From positions 1 through 35,359 of the forward strand of contig JAEOUG010000063.1 in NCBI GenBank assembly GCA_016839445.1: DNA of 35,359 bases, given 5' to 3'. The stretch is from Candidatus Thorarchaeota archaeon. Lineage in GTDB: Archaea; Asgardarchaeota; Thorarchaeia; Thorarchaeales; Thorarchaeaceae. Of the stretch, positions 7,626 to 17,800 are shown in pieces (the stretch's first letter is position 1; the number at the start of each line of letters is the position of its first letter). A program made the position numbers and the translations under genes. The notes beneath the pieces are model-generated. The model made no database searches, was not told the origin of the DNA, and saw only the letters and a list, made by a program, of their open reading frames with translations.

Positions 7626-9569
7626 ATGACGCACGCCAGAAGGATAGTCGCGGCACTGATAGTGCTATCATTCATTCTAGCAATTCCGGGGCATCTTGCT
7701 CCGACGACTACTTCGGAAAGTCCATCACGAAACGGTACCGGGTTGATACCGGATACGATGTTCGCAGCGGCCGAACAGGAGCTGGCCACGTGGTATCATG
7801 ATGGATCCAATGTGACAGGATGGACCTTCGGGACAGGAGGCTGGACTCTGCAGTCCACGGGTACCGAGCTCTACTCGCCGATAGTGTCCTCCGGCGCAGG
7901 ACTTGTCCACTCTGTTCACTACTACGAACTGGAAACAGACTTCGTTGTCGGGAACGACCTGAAATGGGAAATGCAGTTCAACTACACTCCCAATGGCCTT
8001 GCTTCGGGAGGCATCAACGCAATGCTGTATTTTGGTAGCAGCGAGATCGTCTGGAGATTTGCAGCCTCACTATCTGGCACAACTGGGGCCATGTGGGCGC
8101 TCAATTACTACAGCTCGAGTGAGTATGACTCAGAAAGCCAGATGGGAGGAGTAACAAACATCACAATGTGGTACAATGCCACCAACGACAACACGGAGAC
8201 TGACATCGGCGACGGTGTTGTGTCTGCAGGCACCCACATGGGAGAGACAAGACCAGTCACAAGGGTCGTCCTTGATTTCTGGTGGGATGACAGCATGGGT
8301 GTGTACGGTGATCTCCGTATGGACTGGATGCGAATCACAGGCGGAGCCAGAACAGAGATTGACTCTCCCAGCGACATCACGATGGAGTACTCGGACACCG
8401 GCAGAAGCATCCTCTGGACTCCTGAGGCATACTACCCCGACACCTATGAACTGCTGATTAATGACACGACCGAGGATCTGGCTTCCTGGAATGGCTCAGC
8501 GCTTGAGTTCCCTCTGACCAACCTTGATCCGGGTCTCTATGAGTATGAGCTTGTCGTCACTGATGAACTTGGCATGACCGCCACTGATTCAGTGTGGGTG
8601 AATGTCACTGACACGACTTCGCCTTACGTGTTCGGACCTGCCGACTTTGGAATTCAGCATGGAACGACAGGGTCCTATCTCAGCTGGACATGTGATGAGC
8701 CATATCCTGACTACTTCAGCATCACGAGAAACGGAAGTATCGTGGAAGAGGGGAACTGGAATGGAACGGACTTGCGTGCGTCGCTTGACGGACTTGATTA
8801 CGGAGTTCATGTGCATGTCCTAACGGTCAACGACACGCACGGCAACATCGAGACCGACACGGTGAATGTCTTTGTGATAGACCTTCCAGCACCATCAATC
8901 ACTCCACTGGATGATGACGTCATTGAGCTTGGAGCAGCAGGCGAGTACTTGAACTGGTCCTGCGACTCTCACTCTCCGGACTACTTCATCATATCCCACA
9001 ATGGAACGCCAGTGGACTACGGAGCGTGGAACGGCTCGTACCTGATGGCAAGCCTCGACGGACTCGACTTTGGTCCGCACTCCTTCACGTTGTTCGTCAA
9101 CGACACCTACGGGAGCGACGCCACTGATACAGTGATCGTCGTTGTCGAAGACACTACTCCTCCCTCGGTGGATTCCCCAGATGATGTTGTCCTTGACCTT
9201 GGAACAACGGGGCTGGCAGTTGTCTGGCGCCCCACAGACCTCGGTCCTTCCAGCTATGTCGTACTAAGGAACGGCAGCGATGTGCAGTCGGGGACCTGGG
9301 ATGGCTCCGACATAATAGTGAGTCTTGATGGACTAGATGCTGGGCTCCACAACTTCACAGTGGTTGTGACGGACCTCGGAGGCAACTCCGCATCAGACCA
9401 AGTAGTTGTCACAGTCCAGACGACCTCCACATCTTCAACTTCGTCAACCACCACTGCATCAACTGGCACAGGGACGTCGGATTCGATGCTTGCCGTCTAC
9501 GCAGCAATTGCCGGTGTCGCCGTGGTCCTTGTGGTGATACTCCTCTTCGTGCGAAGCAGGAAGTCCTAG
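7626..9569 (+). CDS. Membrane-anchored surface glycoprotein: beta-sandwich N-domain plus four Ig-like repeats
   Basis: Track ORF 7491-9569; ATG 7626 gives a signal peptide (MTHARRIVAALIVLSFILAI). Four ~90-aa repeats (W..N....WNG..L..L..G...LV.D..G...D.V.V.V.DTT.P), many N-x-S/T sequons, Thr-rich linker, TM helix, RSRKS tail. Confidence 0.85.
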   Translation: MTHARRIVAALIVLSFILAIPGHLAPTTTSESPSRNGTGLIPDTMFAAAEQELATWYHDGSNVTGWTFGTGGWTLQSTGTELYSPIVSSGAGLVHSVHYYELETDFVVGNDLKWEMQFNYTPNGLASGGINAMLYFGSSEIVWRFAASLSGTTGAMWALNYYSSSEYDSESQMGGVTNITMWYNATNDNTETDIGDGVVSAGTHMGETRPVTRVVLDFWWDDSMGVYGDLRMDWMRITGGARTEIDSPSDITMEYSDTGRSILWTPEAYYPDTYELLINDTTEDLASWNGSALEFPLTNLDPGLYEYELVVTDELGMTATDSVWVNVTDTTSPYVFGPADFGIQHGTTGSYLSWTCDEPYPDYFSITRNGSIVEEGNWNGTDLRASLDGLDYGVHVHVLTVNDTHGNIETDTVNVFVIDLPAPSITPLDDDVIELGAAGEYLNWSCDSHSPDYFIISHNGTPVDYGAWNGSYLMASLDGLDFGPHSFTLFVNDTYGSDATDTVIVVVEDTTPPSVDSPDDVVLDLGTTGLAVVWRPTDLGPSSYVVLRNGSDVQSGTWDGSDIIVSLDGLDAGLHNFTVVVTDLGGNSASDQVVVTVQTTSTSSTSSTTTASTGTGTSDSMLAVYAAIAGVAVVLVVILLFVRSRKS

Positions 9570-9574
9570 ACGAA

Positions 9575-9602
9575 CCAAGAGGGCCGCAGCCCGCCCTCTT
9601 GG
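9575..9602. terminator. Hairpin between convergent genes
   Basis: CCAAGAGGGC-cgcagccc-GCCCTCTTGG, a perfect 10-bp stem 5 nt after the 9569 stop. Confidence 0.55.
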
Positions 9603-9650
9603 CATCTAGTCAGCCCTAGGAGCAGACCAGCCCAAAGCGAACGCATGGCT

Positions 9651-12600
9651 CTAGTCAGAGGGGTCATCCTCAACCTTCTGTCGATCAAGGAAGGGTTTGA
9701 CAACACCACCGATGTCTTCGCCATTGGCGATTCTGATCAGTCGGTTCTCAATGGCATCCATGACCATCTTGTAGGCATGGCTCTCTTCCACGCCGCAGGT
9801 AGCCATTCCCTTGGCCAGGTCGTCAAGTTTGAAGCCCTCGCCGTTCTCAAGCTGGCTTGCAGTTGACTCGAGGCAGCTCATTGACTTGGGGAAAACAGCC
9901 GCCCTGTCCAGATGGAAGCTCTCCAGGAGGAACCCGTCCATGAGGTCGTAGAAGAGGTTGTCAAACATGGCTCGTTCTTCGTCAGGGATCACATTGGACC
10001 TGTGGTCCGCCATCATCTCGTCGAACATTGCGCCGGTTGCGCGTCCAAAAGCCTCCATGCTGATCTCCTGATACTGGGAGGGAGTCTGGACCGTAATGAA
10101 GGCGACAATGAGGCTCTTGGTCGGAACCGCGCTGATGATGTCAGAAATGGGGATGACGTTGAACTCCCAGTGTTTCTCGTCCATGCCGAACTCACTCCTG
10201 AAATGTGTGATGGCAGTGACGAAGGCTGAAACCATGGCCTCATCGAATCCACCACGTAGTATCTTGGAATACACAGGGAGCCCTGTCTTCTTGTGTAGCA
10301 CTATCACTCCGAGGATGTTGGAAACGTCGTCGAAGCGCTTCTTGACCTGAAGAGCGGCCAGGTTCTTTCTCTTCCTGCGAGAGCTACTCATTCTGTAGCC
10401 AATGAAGAGCGCAACGACCAATCCAATGGCAGAACCGCCACTCGTAACGACTGGCATTGCTCTTTGAACGAAGTCGTTGCTCTTGTAGAACGATGTCGAG
10501 AAGCTTCCTCCGTCCAGAATATGATTGTCTAAGTAGAGGCGTATCTCAAGCTCGTACGCGGTATAGGATGTGTAGAGTCCGATAACATGGAGCGCAGAGT
10601 AGACTCCAGGAGTTTCGGTCGCCTCAAGAGGTTTGAATTCGCCGGTTCCTATTGCAGATATTCGGAACTGAACATCCGCTCCAGAGATTGGGAGATCATT
10701 CACGGCATCAGACAAGCGAACTCGGACCTCGAAAGTCTGTCCCTCTGTCGCGTAGGTCTGAGAAAGTACTTCAACTTGGACAACGACAGGCTCCACATCC
10801 AGAACGAATTGGACGAGACTCAGGGCATATCCATCTCTTTCTGCGGTTATGGTGAGAGTCCATCTACCAACACGGTCCGCCGACAGCTGTACCTCATATC
10901 CACCCCCACTTGGGCCTGTCAGAACGGAGAGACCCACAGATGGTGAAACCTGCACGTCAATGATGGCATCCGAGACATTGCCAGCAATGCTATCATCACG
11001 CTCATAGAAGACAGTGAGATTGTAGTCATTCCCAAACACAACAGAGTCAGTGGTCACACCCTCGGCGATCCTTAGTGCTGTGGCAATCCGAGTAGCCCCA
11101 AGAGTGAACCCAGCTGTATCAGACTGATAGCCCGCCACACTCGCTCTGAACACCAAGTCGTAGATACCAACTTGTATTGGACTAAGGGTCGCTCTGTAAT
11201 AGCCTCCACTCATGTCCTCGAAGGGAGATATGTCGACGCCCAACGGAGGGTTTTGTACAGTGATATTCGCGCCATCGAGTCCAACAAGATCCTCTGTCTG
11301 GTAGAGGAGGTAAACCGTGAAGGTCTGGTCAAACGAGATGCTAGTGCTTGTGTTAAGGACCGTGAGGCTTGTGGCTATGGCGGTCGCAGTGATGGTGAAG
11401 GTGTCGAATTGTGTTTGATGGTTTGGATATGCGGCGCGAATCACCATTGTGAAGGTGTTTGCCTCCTGTGGATCTAACACGAGCTCAAACAGCCCGCCTC
11501 CGAGTGGCGCAGCATCGGCCCAAAGAAGACCTGTCGAGGGAGTCACACTCTCGACTGTGACGTTCGCGGCATCAAGCCCGTATCCCGAGGAGTTTGTGTA
11601 CTCCACAATAAGGCGGTATGTCTTTCCATAGCTAACGAAGTCCGCCGTGCCGTTGAGGACCGTCATGTCCGTGGAAATATCGCGTACGACTAAGAAGAAG
11701 GCATCCGACGCACTCTGGAAGTACTGCTTGCTGGCTGCAATTGTGACAAGGTACGTGCCAGATTGGCCAGCACTGAACTCGATATCATAGTCTCCTCCAC
11801 CAGCAGGTGTAATGTCCCAAGAGAGTGTTAGTGATGGGCCTGTATAGACCACGTCGATTGATGCGCTATCGATGCCGGTTCCATTGAGCATCTCAAACCT
11901 AAAGGAAGTGCTGTAGATGTCTGTCAGACCGATCTCTGCGCTGCCAGTGTTCTGTATCTCCAAACGAGTGCCCACGTCATTGACGACAAGCACGAAGACT
12001 GCCGATGCAGGCTGTGCATTAGAATCGCTGGCGACGAAGCGGACAGTGAAGACACCGGCGTTGCGAGGAGTGAGCTCGACTGAGTAGTTGCCAGGCTGGC
12101 CTGTGACTTCAGTGACGGAGGTGGTCTCAAGGCCGACCGGCGGAGTGACTTCATCAATGCTCACAGATGCGGAAACCAGAGGCGCTCCAAACTGATCCAA
12201 GTATCTGACCGTGACCTCGTATGATTCGTCTATGTCGACTCTTGCAGAGCCAGGTCCTGCGACCGCAAGACTGCTTGCCATTGGCGACACGATGAGTGTA
12301 AGAAGGACAACACCTGTTTCATAGCCATCCTTTGAGAGTGTCGTGTTAAGGAGGTAGGTTCCTGCCGGATTTGCAGTGGTGTTGATCTCAACCGTGTATA
12401 TCCCAGGGCTTGGCATATCGTACGATTGCCAGTAGCCGCCGGTCCAGTTTACCTCGATTGCCAAGCCAGAAGCGTCATCCATTGGCTGCCAAGAACCTAT
12501 CGAGTAGTCATGCATCTCGAAGAAGAAGGTGATCTCTGCGACCTCGCCCCATTGCGTCGAGCTCCAGGGAGAGTCAGGTGAACTCAGACGTGTGTCATAG

Positions 12601-14717
12601 AATGATTCCACAAAAATCTGGCAACTTGAGCTGTCATAGAATCGACGTGTGACGTTCACATCAACAACATGCGAACCCGCGCCGACGCTGCCTGTGTCAA
12701 GCTGAGCTTCCCACCAGTTCTTGACTGCATTCGGCTGGAAAACCACGGGGCCGCCTGCCCATGTACCAGTCATCGTAGCGGCTTCGTCCATCAGATACGA
12801 TCCAGTTTCCAGATCTGTGAAACGCACGATTCCTGTCACGATGAGGCCCTTGTACGTGGATATGGTGGACGGGTCAGCCACAAGAGAGGTGGAATGGTGC
12901 AACTCAAACGAAGCCTCGCCGTGAGCCAGCTCGGTTCCATTCGACCAGAACACATCGACCAGCCACTCGCCGGCAGGAGCGCCCGCGCCAAAGACCTGTG
13001 AGCCACTCTGCAGCTCTCCAGAACCGCTCAGGAGCTCGCTAGTCCAATATAGCATCCCAGGCATGTACCATGTGACATTCACACCCGAGACTGATGTGGG
13101 CGTTTCAGTGGAAGTACCTATCTCCGCAACGGCCCTTGTGGAGTTGCCAATCCTATAGATGGATTCGGGGACCCACAGCCCTCCATTGTCGATCTCAGAG
13201 ACAATGCTCTTCGCGTAGTTCGGGCCATCGAGAGTTACCTGCCACCAGCCAGGGCTGTCGAGAAGAACCTCAGGGACCTCTATCAGGCCTGTGCCGATTG
13301 TGCACTGCGATGTGACATCTGAGAGGAATGAGTCAGACACCGTGGCATTCTCCCAATCAGTGGGGAACTCCACTCGCACCATAGGATCTTCATAGTTGCC
13401 GAAGTACCCAATGTACATGTATAGGAGTAGTTCTGCGCTACTCCCGGGTTCGACTGTGAAGGCAACGCCGGTATCTAGTAGCTGCGGCCGCCACGAGGAA
13501 TCCGTGAAGCGGTGGGAGAGAAGATATGCAACGTAGTCAAATGAAACGCTTGTGTTCGATGAGAAGGAAACAGTCAACGGAGAGGCCATCCAAAAAGACG
13601 AGTTCACGATGAATGCGCCTCCGCTCCCCGAGGACCCAGTGATTTCTGAGGAGTAGCCTCCCGCATGGAACTGAAGGTCGACCGCATCGAACTCCGGGGG
13701 AGTGCTCCCAGTAAAACTAGTATCATCGAGGTAGACGGTGATGTAGTTGGCGTCCAAGATTCCGTAGGTGTCAGGGTTCAGGCTCAGAGTCACATTGATC
13801 TTCAAGCCAATCTCAAAGAACAATGATGAACCGGCCCCCGGGATATTCACGGCGATGTCACCGGTATTGTACCACACGTCTTTTGCGGCGAGTGAGGCAA
13901 GACTCGTGCTCCAGACCTCTGTGCCATTCACTCTGGCTATGAGGGTGATGCTGTTGCCGAGTGCCCCATCGATCGGACCCCACTTGTAGAGGAAGTCAGT
14001 GCTGAAGACGAAGTCCTCAACTCTAGGTGAGTTGTCAATCATCTGAGTCCATAGCGAAAGAGACGCAAGGGCATGCTGGAAGCGCATGTTGCTCCCGGTG
14101 CCAATTGTCTTCGCTTCATTCTCCACAATCACATAGTAGCTGTCGGACATAACATAGGAGGTTGTCTGATTGGTTGCAGGGTCACTGGTTGTGCTGTTGG
14201 AGTCCCAGCCGTAGGGATGGTATAGGACACTCCCGACAGGATCCTCGTTCTTGCCGGGAATCCCATCATCATAGGTTCCGTTAACAACATAGAGCCGCTC
14301 GAGGTTGGAGATGGCTACAGAGGCATTGCTGCCCATCCAGTTGTGAGTCGTGTCAATTGGCAGACCATGCGTCGTGCCGATTCCAGTATCGGTGCGCGCG
14401 CTGAGTGAGCCCGAGGTTGCGTAGCCCGTCTGTTCCACTACTACGGGATTCAAAGTTCCTGTCACAGGTGGACTCTCAGATGGGATGGGAGTTGAGTAGG
14501 GGCCCACATTCAGTAGTTGGGGAGCCGTGTCAATGAGCTGACTGTCAGTGGATTGATCTCCCGATTGGGCACTGTTCTGAGGATCTAGCAGGTCCAATAC
14601 GAGTGGAACCTGAGTTAGAGGAACAAGCAATACAGACAGAACCAGGACTGAACAGAGCTTGTTGACGTTGCGGTGTGATAGACTAGCCGGCCAGCGCCGT
14701 AGTGAACCTCGATCCAA
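9651..14717 (-). CDS. Giant single-pass membrane protein (1688 aa): beta-rich/Ig-like ectodomain, TM helix, cytoplasmic longin-like domain plus small helical C-domain; paralog A
   Basis: N-terminal hydrophobic signal, ~100-aa Ig-like repeats, TM SAIGLVVALFIGY, basic RRKRK, then ILGVIVLHKKTGLPVYSKILRGGFDEAMVSAFVTAITHFRSEF. Confidence 0.85.
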   Translation of the reverse strand: MDRGSLRRWPASLSHRNVNKLCSVLVLSVLLVPLTQVPLVLDLLDPQNSAQSGDQSTDSQLIDTAPQLLNVGPYSTPIPSESPPVTGTLNPVVVEQTGYATSGSLSARTDTGIGTTHGLPIDTTHNWMGSNASVAISNLERLYVVNGTYDDGIPGKNEDPVGSVLYHPYGWDSNSTTSDPATNQTTSYVMSDSYYVIVENEAKTIGTGSNMRFQHALASLSLWTQMIDNSPRVEDFVFSTDFLYKWGPIDGALGNSITLIARVNGTEVWSTSLASLAAKDVWYNTGDIAVNIPGAGSSLFFEIGLKINVTLSLNPDTYGILDANYITVYLDDTSFTGSTPPEFDAVDLQFHAGGYSSEITGSSGSGGAFIVNSSFWMASPLTVSFSSNTSVSFDYVAYLLSHRFTDSSWRPQLLDTGVAFTVEPGSSAELLLYMYIGYFGNYEDPMVRVEFPTDWENATVSDSFLSDVTSQCTIGTGLIEVPEVLLDSPGWWQVTLDGPNYAKSIVSEIDNGGLWVPESIYRIGNSTRAVAEIGTSTETPTSVSGVNVTWYMPGMLYWTSELLSGSGELQSGSQVFGAGAPAGEWLVDVFWSNGTELAHGEASFELHHSTSLVADPSTISTYKGLIVTGIVRFTDLETGSYLMDEAATMTGTWAGGPVVFQPNAVKNWWEAQLDTGSVGAGSHVVDVNVTRRFYDSSSCQIFVESFYDTRLSSPDSPWSSTQWGEVAEITFFFEMHDYSIGSWQPMDDASGLAIEVNWTGGYWQSYDMPSPGIYTVEINTTANPAGTYLLNTTLSKDGYETGVVLLTLIVSPMASSLAVAGPGSARVDIDESYEVTVRYLDQFGAPLVSASVSIDEVTPPVGLETTSVTEVTGQPGNYSVELTPRNAGVFTVRFVASDSNAQPASAVFVLVVNDVGTRLEIQNTGSAEIGLTDIYSTSFRFEMLNGTGIDSASIDVVYTGPSLTLSWDITPAGGGDYDIEFSAGQSGTYLVTIAASKQYFQSASDAFFLVVRDISTDMTVLNGTADFVSYGKTYRLIVEYTNSSGYGLDAANVTVESVTPSTGLLWADAAPLGGGLFELVLDPQEANTFTMVIRAAYPNHQTQFDTFTITATAIATSLTVLNTSTSISFDQTFTVYLLYQTEDLVGLDGANITVQNPPLGVDISPFEDMSGGYYRATLSPIQVGIYDLVFRASVAGYQSDTAGFTLGATRIATALRIAEGVTTDSVVFGNDYNLTVFYERDDSIAGNVSDAIIDVQVSPSVGLSVLTGPSGGGYEVQLSADRVGRWTLTITAERDGYALSLVQFVLDVEPVVVQVEVLSQTYATEGQTFEVRVRLSDAVNDLPISGADVQFRISAIGTGEFKPLEATETPGVYSALHVIGLYTSYTAYELEIRLYLDNHILDGGSFSTSFYKSNDFVQRAMPVVTSGGSAIGLVVALFIGYRMSSSRRKRKNLAALQVKKRFDDVSNILGVIVLHKKTGLPVYSKILRGGFDEAMVSAFVTAITHFRSEFGMDEKHWEFNVIPISDIISAVPTKSLIVAFITVQTPSQYQEISMEAFGRATGAMFDEMMADHRSNVIPDEERAMFDNLFYDLMDGFLLESFHLDRAAVFPKSMSCLESTASQLENGEGFKLDDLAKGMATCGVEESHAYKMVMDAIENRLIRIANGEDIGGVVKPFLDRQKVEDDPSD

Positions 14718-14886
14718 TGACCCTCATCTCTTTCTGACAGCTGTAATCTAGGGATTCACCTAGACCAATTCTAGCGATTCGATATCGCTGAAATTGTTCT
14801 AATTACGTTTGTGTTATTACCGGATATGGAGCGCCGTCTCTAAGTTGCACCTTGAAGGGAACCCATCAAAAGTGCATCGCGTGTAT

Positions 14887-17800
14887 CTACACATCTGAAA
14901 AATGGATGGAATTGTCGAAATCTCGAGCTGGTACGACGTGCTCGGCGTCGACTGCTTCTTGGACAAGAAGATATGCCTCCGACTCGCCGTAGCCGCAATC
15001 CATCAGCATCCGAAGAAGATGGACGAGACGGAAGGACCCGTTCTCGGAAATCTGAGGTGTGGCCTTCTCAATGCACCGTAGGCGCTTCGGCAGGCTCGTT
15101 TCTCCTAGCTTGTATGCTTTCACCAGCGCGCCATCCATGAATTCGTCAAACATCCACTCGAAGGTCTTAGCAGTCTTCTGGTCGACGACTCTGGCGGGCC
15201 GCTCTGCCAGACCCTCGTCCAGCATCATTGCCACTGCTCGCGCGAATTCCTTCATCTTACGCTCTTGCTCCATACTTGGAGATGTCACAGTAATGAAGGC
15301 ACAAATCAGGTTCTTTGTAGCGACAGTCCGGATGATGTCTGACACAGGCATCACAGCATACTCTCCGGCATCTGTCCCAGCTTCTATCTCTTCTCTGAAG
15401 TGCATGATGGCAGTGATGAAGGCAGAGAGCATGCCTTCCTCGAAGCCACCTTTGAGAATCTTCGAATAGACAGGAACGCCACTAAGTCTGTGAAGGACTA
15501 TGAAGCCCAGCAAGTTGTTTGCATCATCGAACCGCCTCTTGAACTCCATCGCGGCTGCGTTCCTGGCCTTCTTGCGCTTGATGTACGATCTACGGCCAAC
15601 GACGACCGCTCCTGCAACTGCCAGAATGAGCCCAATGTCTGTCGAGTATGTTACCATCGACTCCCAGAGTCGTCTTGGCCCATTAACTGTGGGTAGAAGA
15701 GAAGCCGAAAAGGTTTCTTCAAGCTCGTAGTTCTCCTTCTCGACACTCACTCTGATCTCGAAGTTGCCAGTTTCGGCTCGAGGCATCTGTATCGAGGCAG
15801 AGTATATGCCCGGTTCGCCTTCGGTCATGTTGAGCACCTCAAGCGGGGCTCCTACTTGTGGATATACTCCAAGAGTAACTGTGGCGTTCTCTATTGGCAG
15901 CCCGGTATCTGACTCGGTAACATTGACTCGTACAGTGAACGGCAGTTCTTCAGTCCCAATCAGTGCTCCCACAAGCGAAACATGGACTCTGACTCGCTCG
16001 ACTAGGAAGTTGAGCACGAACGACTGCTCTTCGTATCCCTCCTTCCAGAATGTTAGACGAATGCTGTAGTCACGAATTCCGAGGGGCGTGACACTGAGAC
16101 GATATTCGCCGGTCCCAACGTCCTCAACGGAGGCCCATTGAGCGCCTTCCTCCGATAGAGTCACTTCAGCTCCGGGAATGCCTGTGCCGTTCAGAGACAT
16201 GGCGTAGAAGAAATCAAAGGTGTACTCACGGCTGTATGTGAGAGGCAGCAGCGGACCTGTTGGTGCGTCGAGGTCGGTCAGGAACTGTGACCGAATGGTG
16301 ACGAATATCGGGTCGGTCTCGTAGTATGCTGCGGCAGAGGTGATGACCACAGTGAAGTCACCTGCACCTACATCAACCGTGTCGAAATCAGCCTGCCACC
16401 AGTTCGCTACCAAGTTCGCCGTGAAGTGAATATCTGAGTGGGACCAGTTGCCAACGACCTCAGCTCCGCCGTCAATAATGAACCGACCTGTCACTGAATC
16501 ATAGAGAGTGACAACCACAGTGACTGGCTGCCCTACAACCGTTTCGAAGACACTACCAAAGAGAGTATCAAGAATAGCGGAATGGTGCAGGGCAAATCCG
16601 CCCATGCCGTAGGCGATTTCACTCCCGTTGGTCCAGAAGTATGTTATACACCACTCTCCTGCAGTGGTGTTCGAGGAACCGAAGACCAGTGATGGACTCT
16701 CAACAGGGCTTGTGCTGATCTCAGTCAAGCCCCAGGCGGTGCAGTTCGGCATGAACCATGTGAAGAGGACAGGGTCAGAGATGAAAGGCACTTCCGACCA
16801 ACTGCTGATATTGGCAACGCCCCTGATAGAGTCGTTTGTGTGAAAGACAGTGTCTTCAATCCAACCAGGAGTCACAGCGTCATATCTCTCTACATCAATG
16901 CCTGAGGCGTAGTTCGGACTGTCGAACGTAGCCTTCCACCAACCAAGTCGATCGAGGACATCGTTGGACACCTCCAGATAATCGGCCTCGACGGAGCAGA
17001 AGCTGGTGACATTGCTCAGGAAAGGATCGTATACTGTGGCGTTTTGCCAATCGTGAGGATGATAGATGCGAATGATCAAGTCGTCGTAGACACCCAAGAA
17101 GCCTAGGTACGTGTAGACCTCAAGTCGGGCAGACTCCTCCGTCTCAATCACATAGGAAACGCCATCATCATTGATGTTGGTTGTCCCACTGCTATTGAGA
17201 AACCGATGATGACGGAGTCGTGCGGAGTAGTCGAAGGAAACGGCTGAATCAGCAGAGAGAGAGAAGGAGAGAGAGTAGCTCCAATATGAGTCGTTCACGA
17301 AGCTACTTGTACCAGAGCCAGAAGAACCGACAATGGCGACACTTGACCCATCAACATTGAGAGTTAGACCTACATCTTCACAGGCAGGCAGACTACTCCC
17401 AATCAGACTCACGTCATCAAAGTACACCGTCACTGCTTCTGCGTTTATGATTCCGTCGGGTACGCTGTCGCCATTGTAGTCATCATCACCGTCAAGTACC
17501 ATAGTCGAGTCAATCACCAGACCGATCTGGAAGTCGAACCTACCAGAGGCTAACGCGATATTCACTGGAATGTCGCCAGAGTCAAACCAGATACCCCTTC
17601 CAGAGAGTGACGGTAGATTCACGCTCCACACAGACGTCTGGTTCAGGAAGACGTGAATTGAGCAAGTACCGGGGAATCCTACACCGATTGGGCCCTGAAG
17701 ATACAGGTAGCTGAACCTAAGGAGGAAGTTCTCCGTGTAGGGAGAGATGTCAAGGGTCTGATTCCACAGCACAGTAGTTCCCGCGTAGTGAGTATAGATG

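Noticed and set aside
7193-7789. 198-aa minus-strand ORF
   Set aside because: Antisense to the Ig-repeat gene start and promoter, with no family features.
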